DNA from: an uncultured Verrucomicrobiae bacterium
GTDB lineage: Bacteria > Verrucomicrobiota > Verrucomicrobiia > Chthoniobacterales > JAFAMB01
Assembly: GCA_963762565.1 (NCBI GenBank)
Contig: CAVXLD010000001.1
Span: forward strand, 768,001 to 832,000
DNA: 64,000 nt
Direction of reading: 5' to 3'
Shown here piece after piece: positions 9,905 to 20,229 of this stretch. Position numbers and translations under genes: made by a program. The first letter of the stretch is position 1. Each line of letters starts with the position of its first letter. Under the pieces are notes generated by a model. It was not told the origin of the DNA. It searched no databases and worked only from the letters and a program-made list of their open reading frames with translations.

Positions 9905-12156
9905 AAGTCTTGCTGAGACAGAGCCAGCGCTACAGAAGAATACCACGTCTCGTGGAGTTGATCCAAAGACCAAGATAGAGTGCCATCGGGCCCCTCGATC
10001 GCCAATTCACTGCCGCCCACCAAACCGAGCCTGAACAAGGCAATTCCCATCTGAGCAGCTTCTTGTTGAACCTGCTCAACCGCCTCGCTGGGAACGCTCA
10101 CGACGATGCGGGATTGCGATTCGTTGAATAGACTAATGTCCAGACGCTGATTCGGTAGAGATGAGCTCAAGGTCATCCCAGGGAGCCGGACCTGGGCGCC
10201 GATTTTTTCGGGGCCGCTCATGCAACATTCGGCCAGCGCTACGGCTAAGCCTCCATCCGAGCAGTCGTGGGCGCTCTTTACAAAGCCTTTTCGAATCAGC
10301 GCCCGTAAGAATTTCTGGACCGCTAGCTCCTGATCAAAATTCAAACGAGGAGGCCGGCCAGCCTTCTTTCCATAAATGGCTTTGAGATACAATGAACCAC
10401 CAATCTCCTCCCCAACGTCGCCAATAAGAAAAATCACATCTCCCTCGTTACGAAAGTACTGACGAGTGATCCAGCGCTCGTCTTCAATTAAACCGATCAT
10501 ACCAACCGTTGGTGTTGGATCGATCGTTCCTTCGGGACTTTCGTTGTATAAACTGACATTTCCTCCCGTCACCGGCGTTTCGAAACGGCGGCAGGCTTCC
10601 GTCAGCCCTTCCACGGCCTCTCGGAGCTGCCAAAAGTTCTCCGGCCGGTAAGGGTTGCCAAAATTGAGGTTGTCCGTTACTGCCAGCGGAATAGCACCAG
10701 AACAGGTCAGGTTGCGCGCAGCTTCCGCAACGGCAATTTTGGCGCCTTCCCGCGGGTCGAGACGACAATACAGATTGTTACAATCGGTGGTCGCGGCCAA
10801 GAACCTGTCTGCCTCTCGCACGTAGAAGACGGCCGCATCGGAGCCCGGTGGAACAACGGTTCCTGCCCGGACCGTGTGGTCGTACTGCCTGAAAACCCAA
10901 TTCTTAGAGGCAATGGTCGGATGGGCTAGGAGTTGCAACAAGCTGTCCTTCGGGTCGCGCCAGGCGAGATCCGAAACCGCTATCGCTTCGGGCCCTGCAG
11001 GGGTCGTCACCTCGCGTTCGTAGACCGGTGCGTCATCCGCTAACTGTTTCGCAGGGATCTCAACTGCAACTGCACCATCGTCCAGAACCCGCATAAAGCC
11101 GTCATCCGTCACTTTACCGACACGCGAGTAAGGTAGATCCCATTTTTCGAAGACCTCCTTGACACGCTCTTCCTCACCGCTGCGAACGATGATCAACATC
11201 CGTTCCTGGGATTCGCTGAGTAAGATCTCATACGGAGACATGCCAGTTTCGCGTTTCGGAACCAGCGCCAGGTCGATTTGGACGCCGGTGCCTCCACGGC
11301 TAGCCGTTTCACAGGTGGAACACGTGAGTCCAGCGGCTCCCATGTCTTGGATCCCGGCGACTGCGCCGCTGTTCAGGAGCTCGAGACAAGCTTCTAAAAG
11401 CAATTTTCCGCGGAATGGATCACCGACCTGGACCGCCGGCCGGTCTGCCTTTGATTCTTCTGTCAGATCGCGAGAAGCAAACGCCGCTCCCGCCAAACCG
11501 TCCCGCCCCGTCTCGGAACCGACGTAGAATACCGCGTTCCCGACACCAGAGGCGGCTCCGCGGGCGATCTCAGATTTCTTCAAAATGCCTAAACAGAGGA
11601 CATTTACCAAAGGGTTGCCGTTATACGACTCATCGAAGCCGATCTCTCCCCCAATGGTGGGAACACCAATGCAGTTCCCATAATGCGCAATTCCAGCAAC
11701 TACGCCGCGGAGCAGTTTTCGATTTTTGCGGGCCGCGTCATTATGACCGTGGATCGGCCCAAATCGGAGCGAGTTCATCAGGAAGACAGGCCGCGCTCCC
11801 ATAGTGAAAATGTCTCGGATTATCCCCCCAACCCCGGTCGCGGCTCCCTGGAAAGGCTCCACGGCACTGGGATGATTGTGACTCTCCATTTTGAAGGCCA
11901 CGGCCCAGCCGTCACCGATATCGATCACCCCGGCATTTTCTTCACCAGCCTTTACCAAGACTCTGGGGCCGGTGGTCGGAAATTTTCTGAGCTCTCTCCG
12001 GGTGTTCTTATAGGAGCAATGCTCGCTCCACATGACTGAGAAGACGCCCAACTCGGTAAAGTTCGGTTCACGCCCTAGAATCGCTTTGATGCGTTCGAAC
12101 TCCTCCTCCGACAGACCATGTTGCCGTACTAGTTCGGGCGTTAGAGTAGGAGTCAT
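9901..12156 (-). CDS. purL: FGAM synthase large subunit
   Basis: [27 protein letters not shown] 12156 overlaps the purQ stop. Confidence 0.97.
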   Translation of the reverse strand: MTPTLTPELVRQHGLSEEEFERIKAILGREPNFTELGVFSVMWSEHCSYKNTRRELRKFPTTGPRVLVKAGEENAGVIDIGDGWAVAFKMESHNHPSAVEPFQGAATGVGGIIRDIFTMGARPVFLMNSLRFGPIHGHNDAARKNRKLLRGVVAGIAHYGNCIGVPTIGGEIGFDESYNGNPLVNVLCLGILKKSEIARGAASGVGNAVFYVGSETGRDGLAGAAFASRDLTEESKADRPAVQVGDPFRGKLLLEACLELLNSGAVAGIQDMGAAGLTCSTCETASRGGTGVQIDLALVPKRETGMSPYEILLSESQERMLIIVRSGEEERVKEVFEKWDLPYSRVGKVTDDGFMRVLDDGAVAVEIPAKQLADDAPVYEREVTTPAGPEAIAVSDLAWRDPKDSLLQLLAHPTIASKNWVFRQYDHTVRAGTVVPPGSDAAVFYVREADRFLAATTDCNNLYCRLDPREGAKIAVAEAARNLTCSGAIPLAVTDNLNFGNPYRPENFWQLREAVEGLTEACRRFETPVTGGNVSLYNESPEGTIDPTPTVGMIGLIEDERWITRQYFRNEGDVIFLIGDVGEEIGGSLYLKAIYGKKAGRPPRLNFDQELAVQKFLRALIRKGFVKSAHDCSDGGLAVALAECCMSGPEKIGAQVRLPGMTLSSSLPNQRLDISLFNESQSRIVVSVPSEAVEQVQQEAAQMGIALFRLGLVGGSELAIEGPDGTLSWSLDQLHETWYSSVALALSQQDL

Positions 12157-12854
12157 GCCGCAACTGATAGCAGGGTATCCACCAAGGATCTGAATAGTTG
12201 CAAACCGTCTTCGCTGCCTAGCCGGTGATCCCAAGACCGATCCGGGTGAGGCATCAGCCCGAGGACGTTCCCAGCGAGGTTGCAAATACCGGCGATATTG
12301 TTCCGGCTTCCGTTCGGGTTCGCCTCGGAAGTAGGCAGACCGTTCGCATCCACGTACCGAAACACCACTTGCCCTCCCTCTTCGAGTTCTCTTAAGGTTT
12401 GGTCGTCCGCATAGTAGGCGCCTTCGCCATGGGCAATTGGCATTCGCAGGATAGCGCCCTCATCAGACAGCCGGGTAAAAGGCGTCCGATTGTTTTCCAG
12501 CTTCAAGTAGACTGGCTGGCACAAAAACAAGAGAGCGCGATTCCGGATTAGAGCACCAGGCAAAAGACCAGTCTCGCACAAGATCTGAAAACCGTTGCAG
12601 ATACCGAAAACCGGCATCCCTGCGTGTGCTGACTTAATGACAGACTGCATCACCGGTGAAAACGTGGCGATGGCGCCGCAGCGGAGGTAATCACCGTACG
12701 AAAAGCCGCCGGGGAGGATGACAGCATCATAACCGGCGATCGACGTTTCTTTGTGCCAAACGTACTCGGCCTTGACGCCAAGGCCGTCGGTTAAGGCGCG
12801 CAAACAGTCTTGATCGCAATTTGAGCCGGGAAAACGAACAACGGCAATTTTCAT
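12153..12854 (-). CDS. purQ: FGAM synthase glutaminase subunit
   Basis: [31 protein letters not shown]. Confidence 0.97.
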   Translation of the reverse strand: MKIAVVRFPGSNCDQDCLRALTDGLGVKAEYVWHKETSIAGYDAVILPGGFSYGDYLRCGAIATFSPVMQSVIKSAHAGMPVFGICNGFQILCETGLLPGALIRNRALLFLCQPVYLKLENNRTPFTRLSDEGAILRMPIAHGEGAYYADDQTLRELEEGGQVVFRYVDANGLPTSEANPNGSRNNIAGICNLAGNVLGLMPHPDRSWDHRLGSEDGLQLFRSLVDTLLSVAA

Positions 12855-13114
12855 CGCGATGTTATTTCAGAAACAGCGCCTAGGATGCGGTAGTCTTCGA
12901 TCACTTGGTTACAAAGAAGGTCCCGGCAGATTTCATCGAGTTTCGCCTCGTCCGGTTCACCGGTAAACTCTATCTCAATAATCTTCCCGACGCGAACCGT
13001 GCCAACGTTACTTAAACCGAGCTCGCGGACGGCGTTACGGACGGCTACCCCCTGCGGATCAAGCACATTCCGCTTTGGCATCACGACAACCTCGAGTTTC
13101 ACGGCGAAAACCAT
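12851..13114 (-). CDS. purS: FGAM synthase subunit PurS
   Basis: VLDPQG...VRVGK...[10 protein letters not shown]; adjacent to purQ. Confidence 0.93.
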   Translation of the reverse strand: MVFAVKLEVVVMPKRNVLDPQGVAVRNAVRELGLSNVGTVRVGKIIEIEFTGEPDEAKLDEICRDLLCNQVIEDYRILGAVSEITSR

Positions 13115-13249
13115 CAGGGGAGACGGGGCCTGCGTAAAGAAAAAATTGAAAAAGCGTCCGGGGAGCGGCTAGGGCGAAAATCTCGGCGCTTCAGGGCTTC
13201 GTTCTCGTCCTCGTCCTCGAATGGTGTGAAGCGGTGATGCGATGTGCGA

Positions 13250-13540
13250 TTCCCAGCGCCTGGAGGGGAGCCGCTTTGGAGCGTATCTTTCCGCCCCGGC
13301 GAATTTAGTCTCAACACTTATCCGACCGAAACGGGCAAAAACAGGCGGCTCCCGGGAACGGCCCAGCGGTTCACAGCTCTAAGCCGGGGCAAACGAATCG
13401 GAGCCACGGGGTAAATCATCACCCTGGGTTATTCCCGGGAGCCGCTAGTTGCGACATTTTTTGGTCCGATTGAGTGCTGAAACAAATATCGCGAGGTCGC
13501 ATGCTACGCGCAAAAGCGGCTCCCCTCCAGGCGTTGGGAA
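13250..13540 (-). repeat. Family A four-box palindromic element (long type)
   Basis: CCTGGAGGGGAGCCGCTTT / AGGCGGCTCCCGGGAA / TTCCCGGGAGCCGC / AAAGCGGCTCCCCTCCAGG; flanked by an IR at 13200-13221 / 13569-13590. Confidence 0.93.
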
Positions 13541-13687
13541 CAAAATGCCTGGGCGACGTGCCACGCCTTTCGAGGACGAGGACGAAAACGCTCGTCGCGG
13601 AAGCGTTTGCCCCTATCGGAATCCCAAGATAGCAAATGAGAAACACGTCGTAGGGCTGGACAGGTACGCCTCTATTGATAAACTGCG

Positions 13688-14533
13688 GTGCATATGTCCC
13701 CTCCGTGGAAGTGGCTTTTGCCGAGCATCATCGCCATTTTGGCAGTCGAACCTTCGGGTGCACAGCAAGCCGCCGCGGGTGGTTCCGCGACCCCAGCGGC
13801 TTCACCGTTGCCCGAGGCGGAACTGAAAGCAGCCGTCACTGTCGACTCACTCACCGTCCCGACGCCGGGAGAATTTTTCAAAGCGATCGATAAGACCGGT
13901 AAACCAAACTGGGCCTCTCAATTTCGCCCGCCTACTCCGATCGGAGGGGTGAATCGAGCCCAAATGGCCCTAAACCTGGGTACCTTGATCGCGGACGGGT
14001 ACATCGCAGTCGAGGCGCAGGACGGTCAACAGGTCAAAAATATCGGACGAGATGTACTAGCCCTGGCGAAAAAACTCAGCGTGTCCGATAGCGTCTTAGC
14101 CCGCGGTAAGAGCATAACCCAATTCGCTGAGGACGGATCCTGGGATCAGCTGAATGAAGAGTTGGAAGCTACGCAAAACGAGGTAAAAAAGGCGCTCGAA
14201 GAGAACCGCGATAACGACTTAATTACTTTGGTGAGCATTGGAGGCTGGATCCGCGGTACCCAAGTTGTGACTGGGCTTCTAGTCGAAAGCTATAACCCGG
14301 AGACGGCGAAGCTTCTGCGACAGCCTGCTTTGGTTGACTATTTGCGAGGCAAATTGGATCAACTTCCAACCAGGCTCCGTCAGGACAAACTCGTCGTTAA
14401 AGTGAATGGCGACCTTAAGAACATCGCGACTCTGGTCTCATTCCCCGCGGATCATGTTCCCACAGCGGGTGAGGTGAAGACTCTTAACCAGGCTTCTGCA
14501 AAATTGACCAAGGAAATCTCGGCCGGCGAATGA
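13688..14533 (+). CDS. Exported hypothetical protein
   Basis: 281-aa ORF with a signal peptide; overlaps the next ORF (ATGA). Confidence 0.8.
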   Translation: MHMSPPWKWLLPSIIAILAVEPSGAQQAAAGGSATPAASPLPEAELKAAVTVDSLTVPTPGEFFKAIDKTGKPNWASQFRPPTPIGGVNRAQMALNLGTLIADGYIAVEAQDGQQVKNIGRDVLALAKKLSVSDSVLARGKSITQFAEDGSWDQLNEELEATQNEVKKALEENRDNDLITLVSIGGWIRGTQVVTGLLVESYNPETAKLLRQPALVDYLRGKLDQLPTRLRQDKLVVKVNGDLKNIATLVSFPADHVPTAGEVKTLNQASAKLTKEISAGE

Positions 14534-15000
14534 AACGTCTCTTACACACTCTTGCCTTTTTCTTACCGTTTCCGGCGTTCCTGCTCGCTATCGGCGTTAC
14601 CATGAGCGGGCCTGCATCGCTGTTCGGCGCAGACACCGACGACCAAACGAAAGCTCACAGTGAGGTCCTGGATCTGGCCGGCGCTTTTCAAAATGACGGT
14701 TTCAAGCTCCGCGATGGAACTTGGTACGCGCAGGTTTCTAAGGACCATCCTCAAATACTCCAAGTCAATCTCTATACCGGCAACGCTTATTGGTTTTCCG
14801 TTGCCGAAGCCGATAGTTCAACGGGTTTGAACGTCTCGGTGTTTGACGATCATGGAAATCCAGTCGACGTTCAGGTCTACCAAAAGGACAACAAAGCTGC
14901 GGCGGGTTTTAGCCCAGACGCCAGCGGATTATACTACGTCGAAGTCTCGAGCTCCGCTCCAGTAGCGGCGACCTTTTGTTTGATCTACTCGTACAAATAA
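14530..15000 (+). CDS. Exported hypothetical protein (beta-rich)
   Basis: Hydrophobic N-terminus; coupled to the upstream ORF. Confidence 0.78.
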   Translation: MKRLLHTLAFFLPFPAFLLAIGVTMSGPASLFGADTDDQTKAHSEVLDLAGAFQNDGFKLRDGTWYAQVSKDHPQILQVNLYTGNAYWFSVAEADSSTGLNVSVFDDHGNPVDVQVYQKDNKAAAGFSPDASGLYYVEVSSSAPVAATFCLIYSYK

Positions 15001-15016
15001 AGTTTTTGCGTTTTCG

Positions 15017-15487
15017 ATGGCCACGGCCGGAGCTCAGGTTAGAGAAACCACGTCTGGACCAACCGTTAAACAGTTCTCTGTTTTTCTGTTGAATAAAGTT
15101 GGGGCTCTCCTCGAGATAATTCGAATACTGAATGAAAGTGAGGTTCACGTCATCGGTCTAAACTCCCAAGACTCGACCGACTCGGCGATAGTCCGGATCA
15201 TCGTGAGCGATCCGGAAGCGGTTGAACAGATTTTCGACCTCCACGAGGTCGCCTACAGCATCTCAGAGATCTTAGTAGTGGAGATGCGGGAAGTTGCCGT
15301 AGACCTGAAGAAGCTGCTCTCTTGCCTTCTGATGGCCGAGGTTAATATCCAGGTTTGCTACCCGCTTTTGCTCCGTCCCCACGGCCGTTCTGCCCTGGCT
15401 CTCCACTTGGACGATGTCGAGTGCGCCAGATCGGTCCTGGGGGGCCGAGGATTTACGATTTTGAATCAGACGGATCTTTCGCGATAG
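15017..15487 (+). CDS. Tandem ACT-domain protein
   Basis: KQFSVFLLNKVGAL...IVRIIVSDP...AEVNI. Confidence 0.85.
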   Translation: MATAGAQVRETTSGPTVKQFSVFLLNKVGALLEIIRILNESEVHVIGLNSQDSTDSAIVRIIVSDPEAVEQIFDLHEVAYSISEILVVEMREVAVDLKKLLSCLLMAEVNIQVCYPLLLRPHGRSALALHLDDVECARSVLGGRGFTILNQTDLSR

Positions 15488-15531
15488 CCTGCGTAGCCGG
15501 AAATGCGTACGCATTTCCGGCTACGCAGGCT
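15486..15531. repeat. Perfect 46-bp palindrome between convergent genes (possible bidirectional terminator or collapsed REP pair)
   Basis: AGCCTGCGTAGCCGGAAATGCGT|ACGCATTTCCGGCTACGCAGGCT. Confidence 0.9.
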
Positions 15532-15533
15532 GG

Positions 15534-17507
15534 TCACGCCGATTTCCGCCGATAACTCGGAAAACTTACTATTGCCTCCGATTCCTTCTCGCTCTCGGCT
15601 TCCAGGTCGCTGAAACCAATGCCCAGCCGATGGTCTCGATAGAGCGTGATCGCCACGTTCCGATTTACCCGGATGCACTGTTTGATTGCTTCCGGCTCTT
15701 TCTCGCAGAACAGGACGGTCTTCCAGGAGAAGATGTGTTTCGGCTTATGAAAATCGCTATTCGCGACAAACGGTAGCCGCTTTAGCCCGATGGGATTGAA
15801 GATGTCGTCACGATTGGCGACCTCCCAAGCGTCGAGCAGTGGGGCGTACTGGTCGATATGTTCCCAAAAATAGAGCGTGTTTTTCCCCCAGTGAGTCTTG
15901 AATTCATGGGGGTGAGAAGCGATCGCCAAGGCGCCCTGACCGTGAATCTCCGCAATGGTTCGAGTTATACTCAGGCCCGGATCAATCGGGCCTTTCAGAT
16001 CAACCGCTAATAAATGTGCAGAAGACCGCTTGGTCAGCCCATCCTTATTGAACTCAAGACCGCCCATCAGGATCATCCGGTATTTGTCGAGCGCCCTTTT
16101 CTTTTCCTTTTCGATGATGTCGAAGTACTCGGGCACCAGATCCAGAGTCAAAACCAAGCCGCTAAGGTTAGTAACTCTTCCAATCAATCGCGTGTAGTCA
16201 CAAATATGGTCGGTCACGCACAGGACATCAAAACCGCGTTGGCCATAGAAATCGACCAGCTCAGGGATGGTCAACTTGCCATCCGAATAGACCGAATGGG
16301 TATGCAGGTCGCAAAGGAGAATCGAGGGTGATTTTTTCCGGGCCGGCCTGGCAGATTCTATCTTTGGAACCAAAACCTTGCGGTTGGGTTCTGTGACTTC
16401 GAGACTAAGAATAAATCGAGCGATCTGTAAGGAAGCCGCGGGTCGACTCAACTTAGAGACATTTTGCGTCCACCGGGCCAGTACCACACCGCCGTTGGTA
16501 AAGGCATCGTCGAGCGTTTCAACGATGGAGTCCGCATCCGGAGCTAGCTGTCCACAATCGTTTTCTACGATCAACCTGGCGTTACCCTCTTCCTGGCCCG
16601 GCACCACTTGGCTAATCAGTACCGGGGTTCGCGCAGCGATTGCTTCTTGGATCGTCGCCCCACCGGCCTTCGTAATGACCAAGTGGTGACTCGTCAATAG
16701 CTCCGGCATCTTGGTCGTCCACCCTAGAATCTCGACCCGATGGCCAGGCGCCCTGACTTCGGCCTCAATAGCCCGCCGAAGAGCGGTATCGCGACCAACC
16801 GTCACCGTAAGCCGGATATCGTCACGCTTGCTTAGGCGTCTAACAAGAGAAGGAGCCTCTTTTTTGCCCGAGTTGATAAGGTACAAGACCCGTTTCGGCC
16901 CCACGTCTTGGCTCGTAAATCGATGGTCGACCATCTCGGCAAACCGATGAGTAACCGGAAAACCGAAAGTATGGATCCGATCATCGGTTATCCCGGCAGC
17001 CCGCAGAACCGCCGCAGTGTCGTCATTTGCAACAATAAAGTGATCGCTTGCACACCGGTACCAGATCGAATTCACCGTGATCGAATCAGTGACCACCGTG
17101 ATGTGCGTGAAGGCCCGGGGCTCACCGGCCGGCAAAACCTGGTCAATCACATAGCCGTACAGCGGATAGGTGGAAATCACCGCGTCGGGTTCAAACTGGC
17201 GAAGGAGGTCGGCCATCGCTCGTTTGAATCTGATCAGCATGGGCATGTTTGTTTCCACGAACTGCGTCCCATCGATGACATTGTAGATCTTGCCCCAGAC
17301 TCGGGGGGTACGATTGATGGCCGCAATGTAAGCGCGCCGCAAAAATTCGTTCAATCGACCGTAACACCGATCGAACAGATCGATGATCTGGACCCTGACC
17401 TCATTGCCGGCGACAACTTCCAAGGCATCCCGAATGTTTCGAGCTGCCGTGTTATGGCCTTCGCCGAATCCAGCAGTGAAGATCAGAATCTGCTTCATGC
17501 GCCGCAA
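15534..17507 (-). CDS. MGDG-synthase/UgtP-like glycosyltransferase fused to a PHP metal-dependent phosphoesterase
   Basis: TAGFGEGH, ITKAGG, PGQEEGNA; C-terminal DLHTHSVYSDG, VTDH, SHPH, NSDFH. Confidence 0.88.
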   Translation of the reverse strand: MRRMKQILIFTAGFGEGHNTAARNIRDALEVVAGNEVRVQIIDLFDRCYGRLNEFLRRAYIAAINRTPRVWGKIYNVIDGTQFVETNMPMLIRFKRAMADLLRQFEPDAVISTYPLYGYVIDQVLPAGEPRAFTHITVVTDSITVNSIWYRCASDHFIVANDDTAAVLRAAGITDDRIHTFGFPVTHRFAEMVDHRFTSQDVGPKRVLYLINSGKKEAPSLVRRLSKRDDIRLTVTVGRDTALRRAIEAEVRAPGHRVEILGWTTKMPELLTSHHLVITKAGGATIQEAIAARTPVLISQVVPGQEEGNARLIVENDCGQLAPDADSIVETLDDAFTNGGVVLARWTQNVSKLSRPAASLQIARFILSLEVTEPNRKVLVPKIESARPARKKSPSILLCDLHTHSVYSDGKLTIPELVDFYGQRGFDVLCVTDHICDYTRLIGRVTNLSGLVLTLDLVPEYFDIIEKEKKRALDKYRMILMGGLEFNKDGLTKRSSAHLLAVDLKGPIDPGLSITRTIAEIHGQGALAIASHPHEFKTHWGKNTLYFWEHIDQYAPLLDAWEVANRDDIFNPIGLKRLPFVANSDFHKPKHIFSWKTVLFCEKEPEAIKQCIRVNRNVAITLYRDHRLGIGFSDLEAESEKESEAIVSFPSYRRKSA

Positions 17508-17668
17508 AAAAAAGAAGTCCGGACCGGTTTATGTTTTGGGAGCGGAAATTGTTCGGATATAATAATGAGCCGGTGAGAGTAACTGAATGACCCACTGCCT
17601 TCCAGTGAATTTCGCACAACGCAAGATCAAGCGGGCCATCGGAGAAGGTATCAGCAAAGGAGTAGCCT

Positions 17669-18718
17669 TTGGTTTGTTTTAGCGTGCGAAACCTCAGCCG
17701 CCATTTTCGCAGGAGCTACTTCATACTCGGACTAGCTTGGTTTTTTGCCACCTCATTTTCGCCTGGCCAATCCTCGGACGAGGAGCAGCGCCTGAAGGAA
17801 CTATTCTTGAAGAGCCGGCAGGAAATGCAAATCGTTCCCAGCCCGACTCCTACGCCGAAGGCGACGCCAGTGCCGGCGGCGCCGGCTCACAAACCCTTCC
17901 ATCACCGCGCCAGCGAAAGTGAAACTCCGGCCAACCGATCCGAGGAAAAGTCTGAAGAGAGAAGTGAGCATGCGGCTGAGACGACGAAGCCGACGCCGAT
18001 GCAAACCCCGATACCGGCGCCAACTGAAAAGGTTGAAGAGCCTCCGGCTCGATCAGCGGCAACGCCCAAAGAGGAAAGTTGGGTTGCACCGACCCCAAAG
18101 AAGCGTCACAGCTTCCTCTTTTTCCATTGGGGTTCTGACGACGACGAAATCGTGGTTCAAAAGTCAGGGCGCCAGGGTGAATCCGTTCCGGTCGGACACT
18201 ATAATGGCCGATGGCGATACCTAACTCCGGCTGTGCGACGGGCGATCGATGAAGCGCGTGTCGCCAGGAACCGCTGGAAATATATCGTGGTGCACAACAG
18301 TGGAACCCGCCAAGGAAACGCGAGGATCTTTGACTATTATCACCGGCACGTCAGGCGTATGCCCAATGGGCTTGCCTATCATTTTGTTATTGGAAATGGG
18401 ACCTCATCAGGGGATGGCCAGATCGAGATTGGGAATCGGTGGGTGGTCCAACTCGCCGGCGGACACGTCCACAGCGACTATCTCAATTACATCGCCCTCG
18501 GCATCTGTCTGGTCGGCGATTTCAATCGCGATCTCCCCACCAGAGCGCAATACGACGCCTTGGACGAGCTGATCCGGTATCTTCGACAGCGAGTCGGCAA
18601 AATCGACGGACACTACTCGATTGTCCTAGGTCACAAAGAGATAAATCCGGTGCCAACGGATTGCCCTGGCAATCGTTTCCCTCTTAATTGGCTGCATCGG
18701 ACTTTTCCTAACAATTAA
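17669..18718 (+). CDS. N-acetylmuramoyl-L-alanine amidase (Amidase_2) with Pro/Glu-rich linker
   Basis: YIVVHNS, AYHFVIG, GICLVGDF, GHKE...TDCPG; start uncertain. Confidence 0.87.
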   Translation: MVCFSVRNLSRHFRRSYFILGLAWFFATSFSPGQSSDEEQRLKELFLKSRQEMQIVPSPTPTPKATPVPAAPAHKPFHHRASESETPANRSEEKSEERSEHAAETTKPTPMQTPIPAPTEKVEEPPARSAATPKEESWVAPTPKKRHSFLFFHWGSDDDEIVVQKSGRQGESVPVGHYNGRWRYLTPAVRRAIDEARVARNRWKYIVVHNSGTRQGNARIFDYYHRHVRRMPNGLAYHFVIGNGTSSGDGQIEIGNRWVVQLAGGHVHSDYLNYIALGICLVGDFNRDLPTRAQYDALDELIRYLRQRVGKIDGHYSIVLGHKEINPVPTDCPGNRFPLNWLHRTFPNN

Positions 18719-18730
18719 GCAAGCCCTCCG

Positions 18731-18818
18731 GAAATGACAGATGACAGAATAACAAATGACAGATTCCGCGTCAGGGGAAAACCTCATTTGTCATTTGGCA
18801 TCTGTAATTTGTCATTTC
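18731..18818. repeat. Inverted heptamer arrays (AATGACA / TGTCATT)
   Basis: About 4 units at 18731-18764 facing about 5 units at 18784-18818. Confidence 0.85.
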
Positions 18819-18855
18819 TATGGGCTTGGGATATTGAATCCGCTACCATCGTAAA

Positions 18856-19746
18856 ATGGAGATCGGCCTAACCGGAGCCTCGGGTTTTCTAGGTAGGCAA
18901 ATTATCGATCAAGCCGTTGCCAGCGGTTGCAAGGTGGTCGCTTTCTCGCGAAATCCACATCACCCAGTGCCGGGTTGTGTCCGAACGGAATCGTTCAGCC
19001 CGGGGCTACATCTCAATGGTCTGAGCGCGGTCGTTCATCTGGCTGGAGAATCGATTTTCGGCCTTTGGACCAAGGCAAAGAAAGACCGCATCCTCCATAG
19101 CCGGGTGGAAGGAACCCGCTGGATCGTCAAAGCGATCCAAGGTGCACCTGACCCTCCCAAGGTGTTAGTGTGTGCCTCCGCCATTGGGATTTACGGAGAC
19201 CGCGGCGAGGAAGAGCTAACCGAAAGGCACACGGCTGGGACAGGAGCGTTTCTCACCGAGGTGAGTCGGGCTTGGGAGGCTGAAACCCAAGGAGCGACTG
19301 CCGCCGGCACTCGGGTCGTCAGCATTCGCACCGCGTTAGTGCTCGGGGAAAAAGGTCCGTTGGCTCTAATGCAGCCGGTTTTTAGTCTCGGACTCGGAGG
19401 CCGGTTCGGGAAAGGCGACCAGTGGATGTCGTGGGTCCATATTCGCGACATCGCAAATATCTTCCTGTACGCAATCCAAACAGACTCCCTATCCGGACCA
19501 GTGAATGGCGCAGCGCCTAATCCGGTTCGAAACAGTGAATTCACTCAGGTCTTGGGGACGATGTTTAACAAATCCACGGTCTGTACAGTCCCGTCATTCG
19601 TTTTGAGGACAGTATTTCCCGAGCAATCCACATTGGTGCTCGATAGCCAGAGAGTGATCCCGGAAAAACTTCTGGCTTCTGGCTACCAGTTCCAATTTCC
19701 GTTTTTGGACGGGGCACTAAAGGATCTGGTCAAGCCGAAGAGCTGA
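18856..19746 (+). CDS. TIGR01777/YfcH-like NAD-dependent epimerase
   Basis: TGASGFLG, VHLAGE, SAIGIYG, GDQWMSWVH. Confidence 0.9.
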   Translation: MEIGLTGASGFLGRQIIDQAVASGCKVVAFSRNPHHPVPGCVRTESFSPGLHLNGLSAVVHLAGESIFGLWTKAKKDRILHSRVEGTRWIVKAIQGAPDPPKVLVCASAIGIYGDRGEEELTERHTAGTGAFLTEVSRAWEAETQGATAAGTRVVSIRTALVLGEKGPLALMQPVFSLGLGGRFGKGDQWMSWVHIRDIANIFLYAIQTDSLSGPVNGAAPNPVRNSEFTQVLGTMFNKSTVCTVPSFVLRTVFPEQSTLVLDSQRVIPEKLLASGYQFQFPFLDGALKDLVKPKS

Positions 19747-19843
19747 GTAGGGGTGGCCACCCGTGGAGCGTTGCCTCGCTTGCGAGGCCGTTCTCGCCGT
19801 CGCCCTCGACAGGCGGGTGGCGCGTCAATGCAATGCTCGACTA

Positions 19844-20130
19844 CCCAGCGCCTGGAGGGGAGCCGCTTTGGCGTTCATCTCTCCGCCCTCGCGAATTTCG
19901 TCGCAACCCTCATCCGGCCGAAACTCGCAAAAACAGGCGGCTCCCGGGAACGACCGAGCGGTTCGTAGCTCTACGGCCGGGTGTAAACGAGTTGAGCCAA
20001 GGGCAAATCATCGCGCTGGATTATTCGCGGGAGCCGCGTGTTGCGACATTTCGTGGTCGGATGAAGCACTGAAACAAATATTGCGAGGTCGTCTGTTACG
20101 CACCAAAGCGGCTCCCCTCCATGCGTTGGG
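19844..20130 (-). repeat. Family A element (long type) inside further IR layers spanning 19747-20226
   Basis: Same four boxes; linkers align with the 13250 copy. Confidence 0.93.
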
Positions 20131-20229
20131 AACAAACATACGTTGTCAACGGGCCACGCTTTTCGAGGACGAGAACGGCCCCGCAAGCGAGGCAGCGGTA
20201 CACGGGTCGCGACCCTTCGCCCTACCAAC

